From Dehalococcoidia bacterium (lineage in GTDB: Bacteria > Chloroflexota > Dehalococcoidia > Lucifugimonadales > UBA1127), in assembly GCA_965249605.1 (NCBI GenBank), contig OZ252245.1, positions 830,250-894,249 of the forward strand: a DNA stretch of 64,000 nt, written 5' to 3'. The notes beneath the pieces are model-generated. The model made no database searches and was not told the origin of the DNA. It saw only the letters and a list, made by a program, of their open reading frames with translations. This document shows positions 62,152-64,000 of this stretch, in pieces (position 1 is the stretch's first letter; every line of letters begins with the position of its first letter). The translations under genes were made by a program, and so were the position numbers.

Positions 62152-62181
62152 GCACGGCGGCGGCGCTAGCCTCGAAAAGCG

Positions 62182-62240
62182 ATTGGCCAAGCCTCCGGTC
62201 GGGCAAATGCCCTTGCGTTGGCTTGGCCAATCTTGTGTTC
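62182..62240. terminator. Long stem-loop between the DUF4389 gene and the tmRNA 3' end
   Basis: attggccaagcc (62182-62193) pairs with ggcttggccaat (62220-62231), with an inner GGGCA/TGCCC hairpin, followed by cttgtgttc. Confidence 0.5.
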
Positions 62241-62242
62241 GC

Positions 62243-62592
62243 TGGTGGAGACGGGGGAGAGTCGAACTCCCCGTCCAGAAAGCGCTCAAGGGGATGTACT
62301 CCAGGCGTAGCCGCTGATTTGAGTTTCGCCCTCACAGCCCCCGGCGGCAGGGTCTGGTCAGGCTAGCCGAGACAAGTCTTAAGCCTTCGCGGATCGGCGT
62401 GAGCTAGGGCAGCACCCTGTTTTTGTTGCGCCCGGCTCTTCCCTACAGGGGAGGGAAGGACGGACGGGCCGCTCTAGGCGGCCAGTGCGAGTTCACGCTC
62501 GCCAGTTACTTTTGTTCCGCCTGTTTAACGAGGAGGGCGGACCTCGGCCTGCAATCCCGCTCTGCTACCCCCTGTCGATACCACGCGTCCCC
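62243..62592 (-). ncRNA. ssrA: tmRNA (SsrA)
   Basis: 5' end GGGGACGCGTGGTATCGACAGGGGG and 3' end GGACGGGGAGTTCGACTCTCCCCCGTCTCCACCA (tRNA-Ala-like acceptor/T-arm). The internal tag reading frame is GGC GGA ACA AAA GTA ACT GGC GAG CGT GAA CTC GCA CTG GCC GCC TAG (…GERELALAA*). It is adjacent to smpB. Confidence 0.9.
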
Positions 62593-62639
62593 ATGACGAT
62601 TTGTGTCTCTCTAGGATAGCACACCGAACGAGCCTGCCC

Positions 62640-63143
62640 CTAGCGGTCTTCCTTCATGTGGCGCTCTGCCTCGCGGTCGAGTTCCCGCTGGATCAGCGCG
62701 TCCTTCTTGCTGTATTGGCGCTTGCCCTTGGCGAGCCCCAACAACACCTTGGCGACGCGCCCCTTGATGTACAGCCGCAGCGGCACGATGGTGTGCCCCT
62801 TCTGCGAGACCGCCACCGACAGATCATCCATCTGACGGCGATGGAGGAGCAGCTTGCGAGGTCGCTTGGGCTCGTGGTTGTTGACGTTGCCCTGCTCGTA
62901 CGGGGCGAGGTGCATGCCCTCGAGCCAGAGCTCGCGCTTCTGCTCGCGAGCGTAGGCGCCTCGCAGGTCGACCCTGCCGGTGCGGATGGACTTGATCTCC
63001 GTGCCGGTCAACACCAGGCCAGCCTCGACGGTCTCGAGGATGTCGTAGTCGTAGGAGGCGCGGCGGTTGACCGCCACAGGCCCCGTGCGTTTGGCGATGG
63101 GCGTCGAAGACTTGGACGGCTTGCGGCCTCTATTAGTAGACAT
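62640..63143 (-). CDS. smpB: SsrA-binding protein
   Basis: 167 aa with NRRASYDYDILETVEAGLVLTGTEIKSIR and typical SmpB blocks. Confidence 0.95.
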   Translation of the reverse strand: MSTNRGRKPSKSSTPIAKRTGPVAVNRRASYDYDILETVEAGLVLTGTEIKSIRTGRVDLRGAYAREQKRELWLEGMHLAPYEQGNVNNHEPKRPRKLLLHRRQMDDLSVAVSQKGHTIVPLRLYIKGRVAKVLLGLAKGKRQYSKKDALIQRELDREAERHMKEDR

Positions 63144-63169
63144 AATCGTTACCTATGAACACCACTTGC

Positions 63170-64000
63170 CTATTGCTCTGCCGGCGGCGCGATGTCGGCG
63201 ATCAGTTCCAGGGCGTAGAGCATCTGCTCGTCGCGTTGAATCGGGCCACGCGCGACCTCGTTGTCCGGCTCAAGCCCGCTGCCCTCGATGAGATGACCGT
63301 TGGGAGTATACCAGCGGCCATAGGAGTAGTAGAGGCCGCCGCCGTCAGAGAGGGGCGCCAGCAGGTTGACGCTGCCCTTGCCGAAGGTGGTGACGCCAAC
63401 TACGGTAGCGCGCTCGCGGTCCTGCAGCGCGCCCGCGAGAACCTCGCCGGCGCTGGCGGTGAATTGGTTGACCAGCAGTATAAGGGGCAGGTCTGTCGCG
63501 ACGCCGCCGTCCTCGGCGTTCCAGTCTTTGCGCTCGCCCGCGCCGTCCAGCTCGTAGACCACGAGCCCGCCGTCGAGGAAGAGGCTCGCGATGTTGACGG
63601 TCGTGGAGAGCAGGCCGCCGGGGTTGTTGCGCACGTCCAGGATGAGGCCGCGCGCGCCGGACTCCTCGATCTCGACCAGGGCCTCCTCCAGCGCTTCGTC
63701 AGTGTTGGCGTAGAAGCCGGAGAGGCGGATGTAGGCGTGCCCGTCCGGGGTGCTCTGCCATGTCACGCTCTCCAGGTTGATGTCGCCGCGAGTGATGGAC
63801 AGCTCCACGACTTCCGACTGGCCCTCATGCGTGACGCCCAGCACGACGACGGTGTCCTTGGGTCCGCGCACCTTGCTGACGACGTCCAGGGTTGTCCACC
63901 CCTCGACGCTGACGCCGTCCACGGTCAACAGCCGGTCACCGGCGCGGAGGCCTGCCTTCTCAGCGGGGCTGTCGGGCATCGGCGTGAGGATAAAGGTCTC
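63170..64000 (-). CDS. S41-family C-terminal processing (tail-specific) peptidase, N-terminally truncated by the window edge
   Basis: PDZ (SPAEKAGLRAGDRLLTVDG), then LILDVRNNPGG, the TASAGEVLAG Ser site and the TFGKGSV Lys site. The frame stays open to nt 64000. Confidence 0.85.
   Translation of the reverse strand, partial: ETFILTPMPDSPAEKAGLRAGDRLLTVDGVSVEGWTTLDVVSKVRGPKDTVVVLGVTHEGQSEVVELSITRGDINLESVTWQSTPDGHAYIRLSGFYANTDEALEEALVEIEESGARGLILDVRNNPGGLLSTTVNIASLFLDGGLVVYELDGAGERKDWNAEDGGVATDLPLILLVNQFTASAGEVLAGALQDRERATVVGVTTFGKGSVNLLAPLSDGGGLYYSYGRWYTPNGHLIEGSGLEPDNEVARGPIQRDEQMLYALELIADIAPPAEQ

Noticed and set aside
61221-62366. A 381-aa plus-strand ORF spanning the SDR promoter region, the DUF4389 gene and the tmRNA 3' end.
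   Set aside because: It is out of frame with the well-supported repeat-containing DUF4389 gene and runs into the tmRNA. Its composition is typical of a spurious high-G+C frame.

Overview
This is a 64-kb, high-G+C bacterial chromosomal segment. Hand counts on sampled 60-nt lines give about two-thirds G+C in most genes. I support about 65 protein-coding genes, one tRNA-Thr(CGU) and one tmRNA. I found no rRNA and no CRISPR array.

Conserved core blocks:
- dapA-asd-dapB-pnp-rpsO on the minus strand, with folD divergent (16.1-22.5 kb).
- ssrA-smpB plus a C-terminal processing peptidase (62.2-64 kb).
- rnd, a VapBC pair next to tRNA-Thr, cobO, a Kef-type antiporter and a truncated pstA-like gene at the left edge.

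The rest is dominated by paralogous enzymes and transporters that look catabolic:
- five single-domain MetE-C-terminal-like Zn enzymes
- three phthalate-dioxygenase-like Rieske oxygenase alpha subunits
- two stand-alone Rieske ferredoxins
- two amidohydrolase-2 proteins
- two D-2-hydroxyacid dehydrogenases
- four MFS transporters, three of them from one family
- tandem DinB-like and methyltransferase pairs
- single copies of an LLM oxidoreductase, a Mo-hydroxylase large subunit, a TPP enzyme, a cupin, a VOC protein, an SDR and an NTF2-like protein

I recognised no canonical transcription factor, no oxygenase reductase and no ABC permease or ATPase anywhere in the window. This paralog-rich content resembles marine Chloroflexota (SAR202-type) genomes. 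That placement is inference only.

Accessory and unusual items:
- a low-G+C two-gene island (7.3-9.1 kb) encoding a tail-anchored coiled-coil protein and a protein with a nuclease-fold-like motif fused to a glycine-zipper membrane region
- panD translationally overlapped with an N-methyltransferase-like gene and followed by two more methyltransferases
- an IS1595-family element with 28-bp inverted repeats (IRs), an 8-bp target-site duplication (TSD) and 1.2 kb of cargo, inserted into one unit of a 462-bp tandem duplication; the other unit preserves the empty site, and both units share a 287-bp core with zero differences
- an in-frame TAG splitting an HtrA protease from its PDZ domain
- a family of REP-like intergenic repeats

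Many very long ORFs in the six-frame track are antisense shadows typical of high-G+C DNA and were not called.
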